Source of the DNA: Phycisphaerales bacterium | GTDB taxonomy: Bacteria; Planctomycetota; Phycisphaerae; Phycisphaerales; UBA1924 | Direction of reading: 5' to 3' | Assembly (NCBI GenBank): GCA_046155605.1 | Contig: JBJXFQ010000011.1 | Location: 6,842 to 70,841 of the forward strand | DNA length: 64,000 nucleotides | Part shown: positions 26,501 to 35,590 of the stretch, in pieces | How positions within the stretch are numbered: position 1 is the first letter of the stretch | Layout: each line of letters opens with the position of its first letter | Position numbers and translations under genes: made by a program | The notes under the pieces: model-generated | The model's database searches: none | Told to the model about the DNA's origin: nothing | Seen by the model: only the letters and a program-made list of their open reading frames with translations

Positions 26501-28465
26501 ATGCAGCGCAACACCATCATCCAGATCGTCGCGCTCGCGGTCGCGCTCGTCGCGCTGGCGGGCTCGGGCGTTCTGGCCGTCCAGATTTCGGCCTCCGCGG
26601 GACGCAACCGCCTCTCGTACACCGATTCCGCGATCGAGGGCCAGCCCCCGCAGGTCGCGGCGGGCATCGCGATGGGTGCCTTTCGCGGGCTCTTCGTCAA
26701 CATGCTCTGGATCCGCGCCAACCAGATGAAGGAAGACGGCCGTTTCCACGAGGCCATCGACCTTGCCAAGGCCATCACCACCCTCCAACCGCGCTTCCCG
26801 CAGGTCTGGGTCTTTCACGCCTGGAACATGGCGTACAACATCTCTGTCCAGACCAAGACTAACGCCGAACGCTGGACATGGGTCGAGGCCGGGATCAATC
26901 TCCTCCGCGACAAGGCGATCCCCGCCAACCCGAACGACATGCTGATCCACAAGGAACTGGCCTGGATTTTCATCCACAAGGTCGGTGCCTATATGGACGA
27001 TTCCAACCTCTATTACAAGCGGCAGATCGCCGCGGAATGGTCGCTCATCCTGGGTCCGCCGCCAAAGCCGGATCCCAAGGATCGCAGTTTCGAGGGCTGG
27101 ACGGGCCGCTACGCCGCGTGGCTTGAACCGATCTCCCGCGCCCCCGATTCGCTTGACGACGTCATCGCCGCCGAGCCAACGGTGCAGGCGCTCATCGATC
27201 GGCTGACAGAAGCCGAGATCGGCATCAAGCCCGGGCTGGCGCGAAACTACACGATCACCAAGACCGTCATGGAATCCGCCGAACGCGGGCTCTTCGAGAA
27301 AAAACTCGTCGAGCCCAAGTATCAGGTCATGTTCAAACTCGTGGCCGATCCGGAGATGACCAAGGCCTGGGACGCGCTGATCCCCCACCTCCGCAAGCGC
27401 ATGCTCGTGGAGGACTACCACATGGAGCCGGATCGCATGATCCGCTACACCCGCGAGTTCGGCCCCATCGACTGGCGACACTTCGCCGCCCACGGGCTCT
27501 ACTGGGCGACCCGCGGGTTCGAGAACGCGCTCCTCCGCTACACAGCGGCCAACCGCAAGGACTTCGACTTCATCAACGGCGGACGCATGGTCATCCACGC
27601 CATCCAGGACCTCTGGCGGTCCGGCGACGTTCACTTTGACCTCATGGGGTGGATCAAGGACCCGGACAGCCCGCGTACCGCGCTCTACGCCGCCCCCCAC
27701 GTGCTCTTCATCGAGTCATACGGCGCGCGGCTCGAGAAGTACGTCAACATGAGTTGGGCCGACAAAAAGAGCCGCGTCTACAGCATGTATTCCGCCGGCT
27801 ACGAGAACTTCACCAAGGACGCGATCCGCTTCCTCTATCGCCAGGGCAACCGCCAGCGGGCCGAGAAACTCAAGGACGAACTGGGCGTCTGGACGGGCCA
27901 GAACCTGACCGACCCGGATCGCATCTCGCTCTTCAAACTCTCGCTCGACGACTTCGTTAAAAAGGAACTCGAAGAGCAACTCACGCGGCCCTCCGTCGCC
28001 CGCGAAGAGGTCGTCGGCGCGCTGCAGGCCGCCTATGTCAACGGCCTGCTCGCCCGCGATCCTGACGCGTTTACGACCAACCTCGAATACGCCAAGAGCA
28101 TCCACGCCTTTTTCTTCTCGCGCCAGTCCTACCGCAACCTGCTCGACCCGAGCACCGTCCGCATGGAGCAGATCGACTCAAACTTCGCGGTCGTCGCGGG
28201 CCAGGCCTTCGCCGTGCTGGCGTCCAACCTCGACCTCACCGACGCCGAGACGCTCTTTGACCAAGCCCCCGCCGACCTCAAGCGGTGGGCATATGACATC
28301 ATCCGCGAGATCTTCAAGGTCGGCATGGATGCATCGGTCGCCGACGGCGGCAAGCCGTTCGACCGCGCCTTCCCCGAGCCCGAGGGCATGGCCGCCCACC
28401 GCGCGATGCTCGTCCGGCTCGAGGCCGAGCGCAAGGCCGCCATGCCGGGCGTCGAGCGGCAGTAA
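26501..28465 (+). CDS. Membrane-anchored helical-repeat protein, hypothetical (last gene of the SPFH/ABC cluster)
   Basis: 654-aa ORF with an N-terminal TM (IIQIVALAVALVALAGSGVLAV). The rest is predicted alpha-helical by composition, and no enzyme motif was recognised. It lies 10 nt downstream of the permease gene. Confidence 0.55.
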   Translation: MQRNTIIQIVALAVALVALAGSGVLAVQISASAGRNRLSYTDSAIEGQPPQVAAGIAMGAFRGLFVNMLWIRANQMKEDGRFHEAIDLAKAITTLQPRFPQVWVFHAWNMAYNISVQTKTNAERWTWVEAGINLLRDKAIPANPNDMLIHKELAWIFIHKVGAYMDDSNLYYKRQIAAEWSLILGPPPKPDPKDRSFEGWTGRYAAWLEPISRAPDSLDDVIAAEPTVQALIDRLTEAEIGIKPGLARNYTITKTVMESAERGLFEKKLVEPKYQVMFKLVADPEMTKAWDALIPHLRKRMLVEDYHMEPDRMIRYTREFGPIDWRHFAAHGLYWATRGFENALLRYTAANRKDFDFINGGRMVIHAIQDLWRSGDVHFDLMGWIKDPDSPRTALYAAPHVLFIESYGARLEKYVNMSWADKKSRVYSMYSAGYENFTKDAIRFLYRQGNRQRAEKLKDELGVWTGQNLTDPDRISLFKLSLDDFVKKELEEQLTRPSVAREEVVGALQAAYVNGLLARDPDAFTTNLEYAKSIHAFFFSRQSYRNLLDPSTVRMEQIDSNFAVVAGQAFAVLASNLDLTDAETLFDQAPADLKRWAYDIIREIFKVGMDASVADGGKPFDRAFPEPEGMAAHRAMLVRLEAERKAAMPGVERQ

Positions 28466-28538
28466 GCCTCGCGGCGTCATTCTTCACTTCTCACTTCTCT
28501 TCCTTGCCGCGCCGCTGCTTCATTGCATTTCGCGCTGC

Positions 28539-29498
28539 TCACCCGCACAGTCGCTCCTTCGCCTCCCGATACCGCGACAGCGTCTGCTCCACGATCCGAT
28601 CCGGCAGCGCCGGCCCGGGCGGCTCTTTCCGCCAACGCCCCGCGTCCACCAATCCCTGCAAGTATTCCCGCAGAAACTGCTTGTCGAAACTCGGCTGCGC
28701 GCGCCCAGGCTCATACTGATCCACGGGCCAGAACCGCGAACTGTCGGGCGTGAGCGCCTCGTCGATGAGCACCGGCTCGCCGCGATCATCAAGCCCAAAC
28801 TCGAACTTCGTGTCCGCGATGATGATGCCGCGCGCCAGCGCGTGCTCCGCCGCCGCACCATAGATGGCGAGCGACATGTCACGCAACCTTTCCAGCAGCC
28901 CGCCCCCCACTGCCGCCGCCGCGGCCTCGAACGACACGTTCTCGTCGTGCCCCTCCGCCGCCTTGGTCGCCGGCGTGAAGATCGGCGACGGCAGCCGCTC
29001 GCACCGCCGCAGACCCTTCGGCAGCGCCACCCCGCACACCGCGCCGGTCGTCTGATAGTCAGCCCATCCAGACCCCTCTAAGTACCCACGCACGACGCAC
29101 TCGATCGGCACCACCCGGCACGCCCGCGCGATCGTCACCCGCCCGCGCAACAACTCCGCCCGCGTCGTCCCTTCCCCCGCGAAAGCCGCCGCCGGTATGT
29201 CATCGACTCGCGTCGAGATCAGGTGCGTCCGCGCCAACCCCTGCCGTTCGATGAATCCGAACCACCACGACGCGATCTCCGTGAGCAGTTTGCCCTTCCC
29301 CGGCACGGGCGTTGGCATCACCACGTCAAACGCCGAGATCCGATCCGTCGCCACGATCAAGAGCCGTGGGTCACCACGATCCCCCGGCAACTCGTACACG
29401 TCCCGCACCTTCCCTTGCCGTCGGCCCGGGAGGTTGAGATTTGAGGCAAAGAGCGGCGATTCGGTCATGCCGCCATCGTACCGGCGAGTGCCCGTCAC
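28539..29498 (-). CDS. purC: Phosphoribosylaminoimidazole-succinocarboxamide (SAICAR) synthase
   Basis: 319-aa ORF. Blocks are GKVRDVYEL, LIVATDRISAFD, FADTKFEFG-like (IIADTKFEFGL) and TPDSSRFW. Confidence 0.9.
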   Translation of the reverse strand: MTGTRRYDGGMTESPLFASNLNLPGRRQGKVRDVYELPGDRGDPRLLIVATDRISAFDVVMPTPVPGKGKLLTEIASWWFGFIERQGLARTHLISTRVDDIPAAAFAGEGTTRAELLRGRVTIARACRVVPIECVVRGYLEGSGWADYQTTGAVCGVALPKGLRRCERLPSPIFTPATKAAEGHDENVSFEAAAAAVGGGLLERLRDMSLAIYGAAAEHALARGIIIADTKFEFGLDDRGEPVLIDEALTPDSSRFWPVDQYEPGRAQPSFDKQFLREYLQGLVDAGRWRKEPPGPALPDRIVEQTLSRYREAKERLCG

Positions 29499-29583
29499 GC
29501 GACTTCACCCGCGCACGCGGCACGGGCAAGGGCCACCTAGCATCCCGGCCCGCCGACCGCGGGTCTGGAGGCTCGCCCGGCGT

Positions 29584-31173
29584 ATGTGGAGCTTTGCCGT
29601 CTGGGATCAGGACGGACCCGCGAAGGATTGGCCAATCGAGCAGGCCTATCTCGTCGGTGCCGATGAGTTGCCTGCACAGGCCGAGATCGCCCTCCGCGAC
29701 GGGTGCATCGTCTGTGAGAAGGCGTCGCCCGAGGCCGCCGGCCTCTGCGTGCTCTTCCCCGTGGGCGATGCCCGGCTCTACCTCCGCACCTGTGTGCTCC
29801 CTTCCCGTGCCGAGGCGTATGTCCTCTCGCTCGAACTCGCGCGGCATCGCATCATGCTCTTTCTCAACAAACTCGAGCAATGGAGCCTCTTCGAACTCCC
29901 GGCCGACGATCCCATCATGGCCCTCTTCGAGCGGGCCCGGCTCGAGTTCACGGCGGCGCTCGTCGCCCTCCGTCACGACGGCCCCGCCGCCGCAGACGCT
30001 ACGTCCCGCCGCGCGCTCGGCCTCGCCGTCGAAGCCGGCGAACGCCTCACGCTTCTGCAGGCCGATCGACAGGTGAAGACTCGTCTCGACCGCTCCCTCT
30101 ACGACGACGCGCTCGAACGCGCGGGCGACGCAGCCGGGCCAGATCGCTCGCTCCCGGAGAACGCCGCCAAGAACCCCGACGGCGTGGGCCTCGTGCTCCC
30201 GCAGCCAGCGCTCCTGGGCGTGGCCGTCGCCCCCGGCGGCTTCGGCGAGTCGCTCACCCGAGTGGCCGGCTCGCTCGATTTCGTCACCGTGCCCATGCGC
30301 TGGATCGACATGGAACCCACCGAGGGACGCTACGCCTTCGCCAAGACCGATCGCTGGATCGAGTGGGCCGTGCGCCAGGCCAAGGTCGGAGTCGTGGCCG
30401 GCCCGTTGATCGATTTCCGCGAGTTGTGTGTCCCGGAGTGGCTCTATATCTGGGAGCACGACTACGAGACGCTCCGCGAACTGGTCTATGAGCACGTCAA
30501 GACGTTGGTCACCCGATACCGCCGCACGATCTCTCGCTGGACCGTCTGCTCGGGCCTGCACGTCAATGAGAGTTTCGCGCTGACCCTCGAGCGCATGATG
30601 GACCTCACTCGGCTCTGCTCGCTGCTGGTGAAAAAACTCCATCCCGCGGGCAAGGTGCAGGTCGAGATGAGCCGTCCCTGGGGCGAGTATCACGCGAAGA
30701 ACAAGCGCTCGATGCCACCCAAGATGTACGCCGACGCCGTCGCACAGGCCGGCGTCGTCGTTGATGCCTTCGCGCTTCGAATCCAGATGGGCGACCCGAG
30801 CCAGGGCCGGCTCACCCGCGACCTGATGGCCCTCTCCGAACTCCTCGACCGCTACGCCGAACTCGATCGGCCCATTGCCGTCACAGCCATCGGCGTCCCG
30901 AGCCAGCCGATCACCCCCGCGAGCGGGACAGATCCGTCGCTCGCTGGCGTCTGGGGCGGCGGCTGGTCGCCCGAGACCCAGGCCCGTTGGCTCAAAGAGG
31001 CCGTCGCCATCGCTGCCTCCAAGCCCTATGTCGTGAGCGTGTGCTGGCAAGAACTCTACGACTCGCCCGAGGCCGACATGCCCGCGGGCGGGCTGCTCAC
31101 CGATGCCGGCGCGGCCAAGCCCGCCGCCAACGCCCTCATCGACCTCCGCCGCTCCCTCATGCTCAAACGGTAA
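29584..31173 (+). CDS. Hypothetical protein with C-terminal TIM-barrel glycoside-hydrolase-like (GH10/clan GH-A-like) domain
   Basis: The start is set at ATG 29584 because upstream codons overlap purC on the other strand. The C-terminal half reads PMRWIDMEPTEGRYAFAKTDRWIEWA...WTVCSGLHVNES, resembling the GH10 W..E...G.Y.F and NE blocks. The assignment is tentative. Confidence 0.4.
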   Translation: MWSFAVWDQDGPAKDWPIEQAYLVGADELPAQAEIALRDGCIVCEKASPEAAGLCVLFPVGDARLYLRTCVLPSRAEAYVLSLELARHRIMLFLNKLEQWSLFELPADDPIMALFERARLEFTAALVALRHDGPAAADATSRRALGLAVEAGERLTLLQADRQVKTRLDRSLYDDALERAGDAAGPDRSLPENAAKNPDGVGLVLPQPALLGVAVAPGGFGESLTRVAGSLDFVTVPMRWIDMEPTEGRYAFAKTDRWIEWAVRQAKVGVVAGPLIDFRELCVPEWLYIWEHDYETLRELVYEHVKTLVTRYRRTISRWTVCSGLHVNESFALTLERMMDLTRLCSLLVKKLHPAGKVQVEMSRPWGEYHAKNKRSMPPKMYADAVAQAGVVVDAFALRIQMGDPSQGRLTRDLMALSELLDRYAELDRPIAVTAIGVPSQPITPASGTDPSLAGVWGGGWSPETQARWLKEAVAIAASKPYVVSVCWQELYDSPEADMPAGGLLTDAGAAKPAANALIDLRRSLMLKR

Positions 31174-31182
31174 ACTGCACGC

Positions 31183-31656
31183 GTGCCACAGAACTGGACG
31201 CACAGCGCGGCCAAATGGGCGGCGGTCGCCGTCCTCGGCACGGCCTCCGTCGCCGGCGTCGCCTATTCCATCGCTTCCGGGCGCACGTCGATCTCTCGCA
31301 TCGACAGCAACCCCGCGCTCGTCATTCCCGCCGAACGATCTGAAACGCGCCCGACCTTTGCACCCCGTCCCAAAGCCTCGACTATTGCCGCCAAGTCCGC
31401 GCCGGGCACTCCAGCGCTCGGCGCGAGCGACATCGCACAGCCGCCTCCCGCTCCCACCGATCCACGCATCAATATCAACGTCGCCACGGCCGCGGAGTTG
31501 GAACTCCTCCCCGGCATCGGGCCGGCCCTCGCCAAACGCGTCATCGACTTCCGCGATGCCTCCGGCCCGTTCAAGACCATCGACGACCTCGACAAGGTCA
31601 GCGGCATCGGGCCGAAGATCATGCAGCGACTCCGACCGCTCGTCCGCGTCGAGTAG
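31183..31656 (+). CDS. comEA: ComEA-like helix-hairpin-helix DNA-binding protein
   Basis: It has an N-terminal TM. The C-terminus INVATAAELELLPGIGPALAKRVIDFRDASGPFKTIDDLDKVSGIGPKIMQRL is a classic tandem HhH ComEA domain. Confidence 0.8.
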   Translation: MPQNWTHSAAKWAAVAVLGTASVAGVAYSIASGRTSISRIDSNPALVIPAERSETRPTFAPRPKASTIAAKSAPGTPALGASDIAQPPPAPTDPRININVATAAELELLPGIGPALAKRVIDFRDASGPFKTIDDLDKVSGIGPKIMQRLRPLVRVE

Positions 31657-31784
31657 CCATCGACGCTACGACCCTTCTCGAGCCGAACGTCTTGGGCCGA
31701 ACGCGCAATCGGTCGATCGCTGATCGTGGCGCATACCCGAATCGCCGATACCATGCGTCGTTCACCGGCCACGACCAGCGCCCG

Positions 31785-34700
31785 ATGGAGCCGCGTCGGT
31801 GCCGGCGCGCGCCGAGGGTTTCCGTGGACCTCATCCGCACCATCGCCGACCTCCCCGCGGTCCAATCGCTCACCGACGCACTCGGCAAGCGCGCCCACGT
31901 CGTCGCCACCGGTGCCTGCGGCTCGTCGACCCACCTCGTCGCCGCCGCGCTCGCTTTCAATCGACCTGTCCTGCTCGTCCTCGCGCACGTCGATGACGCC
32001 GACGCCGCCGCCGATGAACTGGCCGACCGGCGCGTTGTCCGGCTTCCCGGCCTCGAGGTTCTGCCGGGTGAGTCCAACGTCAGTGCCGAACTTTTCGCCG
32101 AGCGGCTCGCAGCCGTACGCGCCGTCATCGCCTGGCGCGAGAGCGACCCCGGCGTCATCATCGCCCCCATTCAGGCGCTCATGCAGGCCGTCCCCAGCCC
32201 CGGGCAACTCGACCGCCTCGCGCGCACCATCAACCGCGGGAGCGCCCTCTCGATGGCCGGGCTCACCCACTGGCTCGTCAGCGCCGGATACGCCCGCACC
32301 GACGCCGCTGACGAACCGGGTGATTTCAGCGTTCGCGGCGGCATCGTCGACATCTTCCCCGCCGGCGGTCGCGCCACCGTCATCGGCGGCCAGCCCATGA
32401 CCATCGCCTCCCCCGTTCGCCTCGATTTCTTCGGCGACACGGTTGAACGCATCCACGAGGTCGATCCCGACACCATGGGCTCCTCCCGCGAACTCGAAGA
32501 AGTCGAGATCATCGCCGCGGTCGACGGCGCGACTCAGCCCGACGACGGCATGGTCAGTTTCATCTCGCTCCTGCCGCGAGGCTTCGCCGCCATCATCGCC
32601 GAGACGCTCGAAGTCACCGAGCAGGCCCGCGGCTATTACGAACGTGTCAGCGACTCTCGCGGCATCTTCGGTCCGCCCGCCGTCTTCAAGGAGATCAAGG
32701 ACCGCGCCGCCGGCCTCGCCGAGATCAACCAGTTTTCAGCCGGCGCAGCCAGCGCCGACACCCGCCTCGAACTCCCCTTCCAGCAACTCCCGCCCTTCAA
32801 CCAGGACGCGGGCGAGGCCGTGCGCGAACTCGGCACGTTCGTTGCCGAGTCACAGGTAGCGGTGCTCTGCCAGAACCCCGGCGAGTTGCAGCGATTCCAG
32901 GAGTTGCTCGCCGAGTTCGCACCAGTTGCCGCGCCTCGGATCGAATCACAAGTCAGGTACCTCCACCGCGGCTTTGTTGTGGCTTCCTCCTCTTCTTCTT
33001 CTTCTTCCACCTCGTCCCCTCGTCCCTCCGTCCCTTCGTCCCCTCTTGCGTCCCTCTCCCTCGTCCCCTACCACGAACTCCTCCACCGCTATCACACCCG
33101 CCGCCGCGCCGTTCGCCTCCGTGCCGCCCGCGCCATCGACACCTTTCTCGATTTCGAGCCGGGTGACTATGTCGTCCATGCCGACCACGGCATCGCGCGA
33201 TACGTCGGCCTGAAACAGATGAAGCCCGGCCGCGCGCCGAGCGCACGACCAGGCGACGACGGCGATTTCGCCCCGGGTACCCCTCCTCTCCGGGGCCGAT
33301 CCTCCCCCTCCGCCGCGGCCTCACAACTCGATCCTCAGGAGTACCTCACGCTCGAGTTCGCCGGCCGCGCCAAACTCCACGTCCCCGCTTCCAACATCGA
33401 TCAGATCCAGAAGTACATCGGCGGCTTCAAGGGCAAACCGCAACTCTCGACCCTCGGCGGGCAGCGCTGGAAATCCCAGAAGGACCGCGTCGCCGAGAGC
33501 GTCAAGGACCTCGCCGCCGAGATGCTCCGCGTCCGCGCCGCGCGCGAGCACATGCCCGGCATCCGTTACCCCGCTGACACCGCGTGGCAAAGGGAGTTCG
33601 AGGCTGAGTTCCCCTACGAGCCCACCGACGACCAGAACGCCGCACTCGCCGAGATCAAACGCGATATGCAGTCTGATCGCCCGATGGACCGGCTCATCTG
33701 CGGCGACGTCGGCTTCGGCAAGACCGAACTCGCCATCCGCGCCTCCTTCAAGGCCGTCGAGTTCGGCAAGCAGGTCGCGGTGCTCGTGCCGACCACCGTC
33801 CTCGCCGAGCAGCACGAACGAACCTTCAAGGCCCGCTTCGCGGATTATCCGTTCCGCGTCGAGTCGGTCTCGCGCTTCAAAACCACCGCGGAGGCCAACC
33901 ACGTCCTCGCCGCCCTTCGCAAAGGACACGTTGACATCATCATCGGCACCCATCGCCTGCTCTCCAACGACGTCACCTTCGCCGACCTCGGACTCGTCGT
34001 CGTTGACGAAGAACAACGATTCGGCGTCGAACACAAGGAGCGCCTCCTCCGCCTCCGCATGACCGTGGACGTCCTCACCCTCTCCGCCACGCCCATCCCG
34101 CGCACGCTCCACATGTCCATGCTCGGCCTGCGCGACATCTCGAGCCTCACCACCGCCCCGCTCGACCGCCGCGCCATCGTCACCGAGGTCATCCCGTACA
34201 ACGAGCGCCGCCTGTCGCAGGCCATCGCCCGCGAACTGACCCGCGACGGGCAGGTCTACTTCGTCCACAACCGCGTTCACAACATCAAATCCGTCGCCGA
34301 CCAGGTCCAGAAACTCGCCCCCGACGCCCGCATCGTCATCGGCCACGGCCAGATGGCCCCCGCCGAACTCGAGGACGCCATGCTCCGCTTCATGCGCCGC
34401 GAGGCCGACATCCTCGTCTCCACCACCATCATCGAGTCCGGCATCGACATCGCCACCGCCAACACCATGGTCATCAACGACGCCGATCGCTTCGGACTCG
34501 CCGACCTGCACCAACTGCGCGGGCGCGTCGGACGCTCGAAGAACCGCGCCTATTGCTACATGCTCCTCCCGCACGATCGCCCGCTCCGCGAGGTCGCGCA
34601 GAAGCGGCTCAAGGCCATCGAGCAATACTCCATGCTTGGCGCGGGCTTCAAGATCGCCATGCGAGACCTCGAAATCCGCGGCGCGGGCAACCTCCTCGGC

Positions 34701-35336
34701 GCCGAGCAGTCGGGCCACATCGCCGCCGTCGGCTACGAGATGTATTGCCGCCTGCTCGACCAGGCGACGCGAGAACTGAAGGACGAGGCCCCGCCCGCGA
34801 CCGCGAGCGCCGCCGCGATCGACATCGGCATCACCGGCGCCATCCCCAAGACCTACATCCCCTCCGATCAGCGCCGCCTCGTGGCCTATCGCCGCATCGC
34901 CACCGCAGCGACGCTGCCCGACCTCCTGAAGGTCGCCGACGACTTCAGGGCCGCGTACGGCGAGATCCCCGCGGCCGTCGCTCGCTTGCTGGACCTCGCC
35001 GAACTGCGCGTCCTCGCGGCGGGACTGGGCATCAAGACCGTCTCGATCCGCGGGCAAGACATCCTCTTCCGCTCCGATCGCCCCGACGCCGTCGCCGAGC
35101 GGCTGAACTCACGCGCCGTCAAACCAAAGGAAGCAAGCCCCGCCCGACTCACGCTCGCCATGGCTAAGGCCCGCGCTACCGGCACGCACGAGCAAGCCGC
35201 CGCGATACCCGCCGCCGTCCGCGTCCTGCCACCACCCACTGGCGAGCGGCTCCACGAAATCTACCTCCGCCTCGCGCCCAACTCCTTCGAGCCGCAAACG
35301 CTCCTCGCCGTGCTGCGCCGGAGACTCTCTCCATAA
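31785..35336 (+). CDS. mfd: Transcription-repair coupling factor Mfd
   Basis: Motifs are helicase motif I GDVGFGKTE, motif II DEEQRFGV, the Mfd RID/TRG region and a C-terminal D7-like domain. The start is uncertain: the ORF opens at 31692, and MEPRR at 31785 or a later GTG are possible. Confidence 0.9.
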   Translation: MEPRRCRRAPRVSVDLIRTIADLPAVQSLTDALGKRAHVVATGACGSSTHLVAAALAFNRPVLLVLAHVDDADAAADELADRRVVRLPGLEVLPGESNVSAELFAERLAAVRAVIAWRESDPGVIIAPIQALMQAVPSPGQLDRLARTINRGSALSMAGLTHWLVSAGYARTDAADEPGDFSVRGGIVDIFPAGGRATVIGGQPMTIASPVRLDFFGDTVERIHEVDPDTMGSSRELEEVEIIAAVDGATQPDDGMVSFISLLPRGFAAIIAETLEVTEQARGYYERVSDSRGIFGPPAVFKEIKDRAAGLAEINQFSAGAASADTRLELPFQQLPPFNQDAGEAVRELGTFVAESQVAVLCQNPGELQRFQELLAEFAPVAAPRIESQVRYLHRGFVVASSSSSSSSTSSPRPSVPSSPLASLSLVPYHELLHRYHTRRRAVRLRAARAIDTFLDFEPGDYVVHADHGIARYVGLKQMKPGRAPSARPGDDGDFAPGTPPLRGRSSPSAAASQLDPQEYLTLEFAGRAKLHVPASNIDQIQKYIGGFKGKPQLSTLGGQRWKSQKDRVAESVKDLAAEMLRVRAAREHMPGIRYPADTAWQREFEAEFPYEPTDDQNAALAEIKRDMQSDRPMDRLICGDVGFGKTELAIRASFKAVEFGKQVAVLVPTTVLAEQHERTFKARFADYPFRVESVSRFKTTAEANHVLAALRKGHVDIIIGTHRLLSNDVTFADLGLVVVDEEQRFGVEHKERLLRLRMTVDVLTLSATPIPRTLHMSMLGLRDISSLTTAPLDRRAIVTEVIPYNERRLSQAIARELTRDGQVYFVHNRVHNIKSVADQVQKLAPDARIVIGHGQMAPAELEDAMLRFMRREADILVSTTIIESGIDIATANTMVINDADRFGLADLHQLRGRVGRSKNRAYCYMLLPHDRPLREVAQKRLKAIEQYSMLGAGFKIAMRDLEIRGAGNLLGAEQSGHIAAVGYEMYCRLLDQATRELKDEAPPATASAAAIDIGITGAIPKTYIPSDQRRLVAYRRIATAATLPDLLKVADDFRAAYGEIPAAVARLLDLAELRVLAAGLGIKTVSIRGQDILFRSDRPDAVAERLNSRAVKPKEASPARLTLAMAKARATGTHEQAAAIPAAVRVLPPPTGERLHEIYLRLAPNSFEPQTLLAVLRRRLSP
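32983..33069 (+). repeat. Pyrimidine-rich short repeat copy embedded in frame in mfd
   Basis: The sequence cttcctcctcttcttcttcttcttccacctcgtcccctcgtccctccgtcccttcgtcccctcttgcgtccctctccctcgtcccc encodes SSSSSSSSTSSPRPSVPSSPLASLSLVP. It shares the core cttccacc..cgtccctccgtccc with 37676-37715. Confidence 0.65.
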
Positions 35337-35425
35337 TGCCTCGATCCGCGCGCCTTCATCGACTCATGCCTCGATGCCGTGTGCCTTGGTGCCTTCTTCT
35401 GCTTCATCCCTTCTTCGCCGGGTGC

Positions 35426-35454
35426 CATCAGTCAACCGTTTCGGTTGACTGATG
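35426..35454. repeat. Perfect 12-bp stem hairpin (catcagtcaacc-gtttc-ggttgactgatg), member of a 2-copy element
   Basis: The inverted repeat was verified base by base. It is preceded by ggtgc. A degenerate second copy lies at 38069-38101. Neither strand has a U tract. Confidence 0.9.
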
Positions 35455-35539
35455 TGTGAGCGCTCGTCGCACCGGTCGGTCTCGCCGAGCCTCGCTCGGG
35501 TGCTGGCGCGCCAGCGCCAGGGACACGCTTGCGCTTGAG

Positions 35540-35590
35540 CCGATCGCGCGCGCGATCGGTACTCATTCGTCCGACCGCTGGCGCGGTCGG
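35540..35590. other. GC-rich palindrome (ccgatcgcgcgcgcgatcgg) plus 8-bp-stem hairpin (ccgaccgc-tggc-gcggtcgg) in a convergent intergenic region
   Basis: Both were verified by reverse-complementing the sequence. They lie just downstream of the minus-strand zinc-ribbon operon stop at 35610. They are possible factor-dependent or U-tract-less terminators. Confidence 0.5.

Noticed and set aside
24890-27700. 936-aa minus-strand ORF. Similar long antisense ORFs occur at 15218-16489, 19251-20804, 29371-31203, 33321-35057, 51083-52432 and 50115-51122.
   Set aside because: All lie opposite genes with clear motifs (ABC-2 permease, kinase-TPR, SPFH, GH-like, mfd, HD hydrolase, phoH). All have the Arg/Gly/Asp/Ala-rich composition of GC-driven shadow ORFs.
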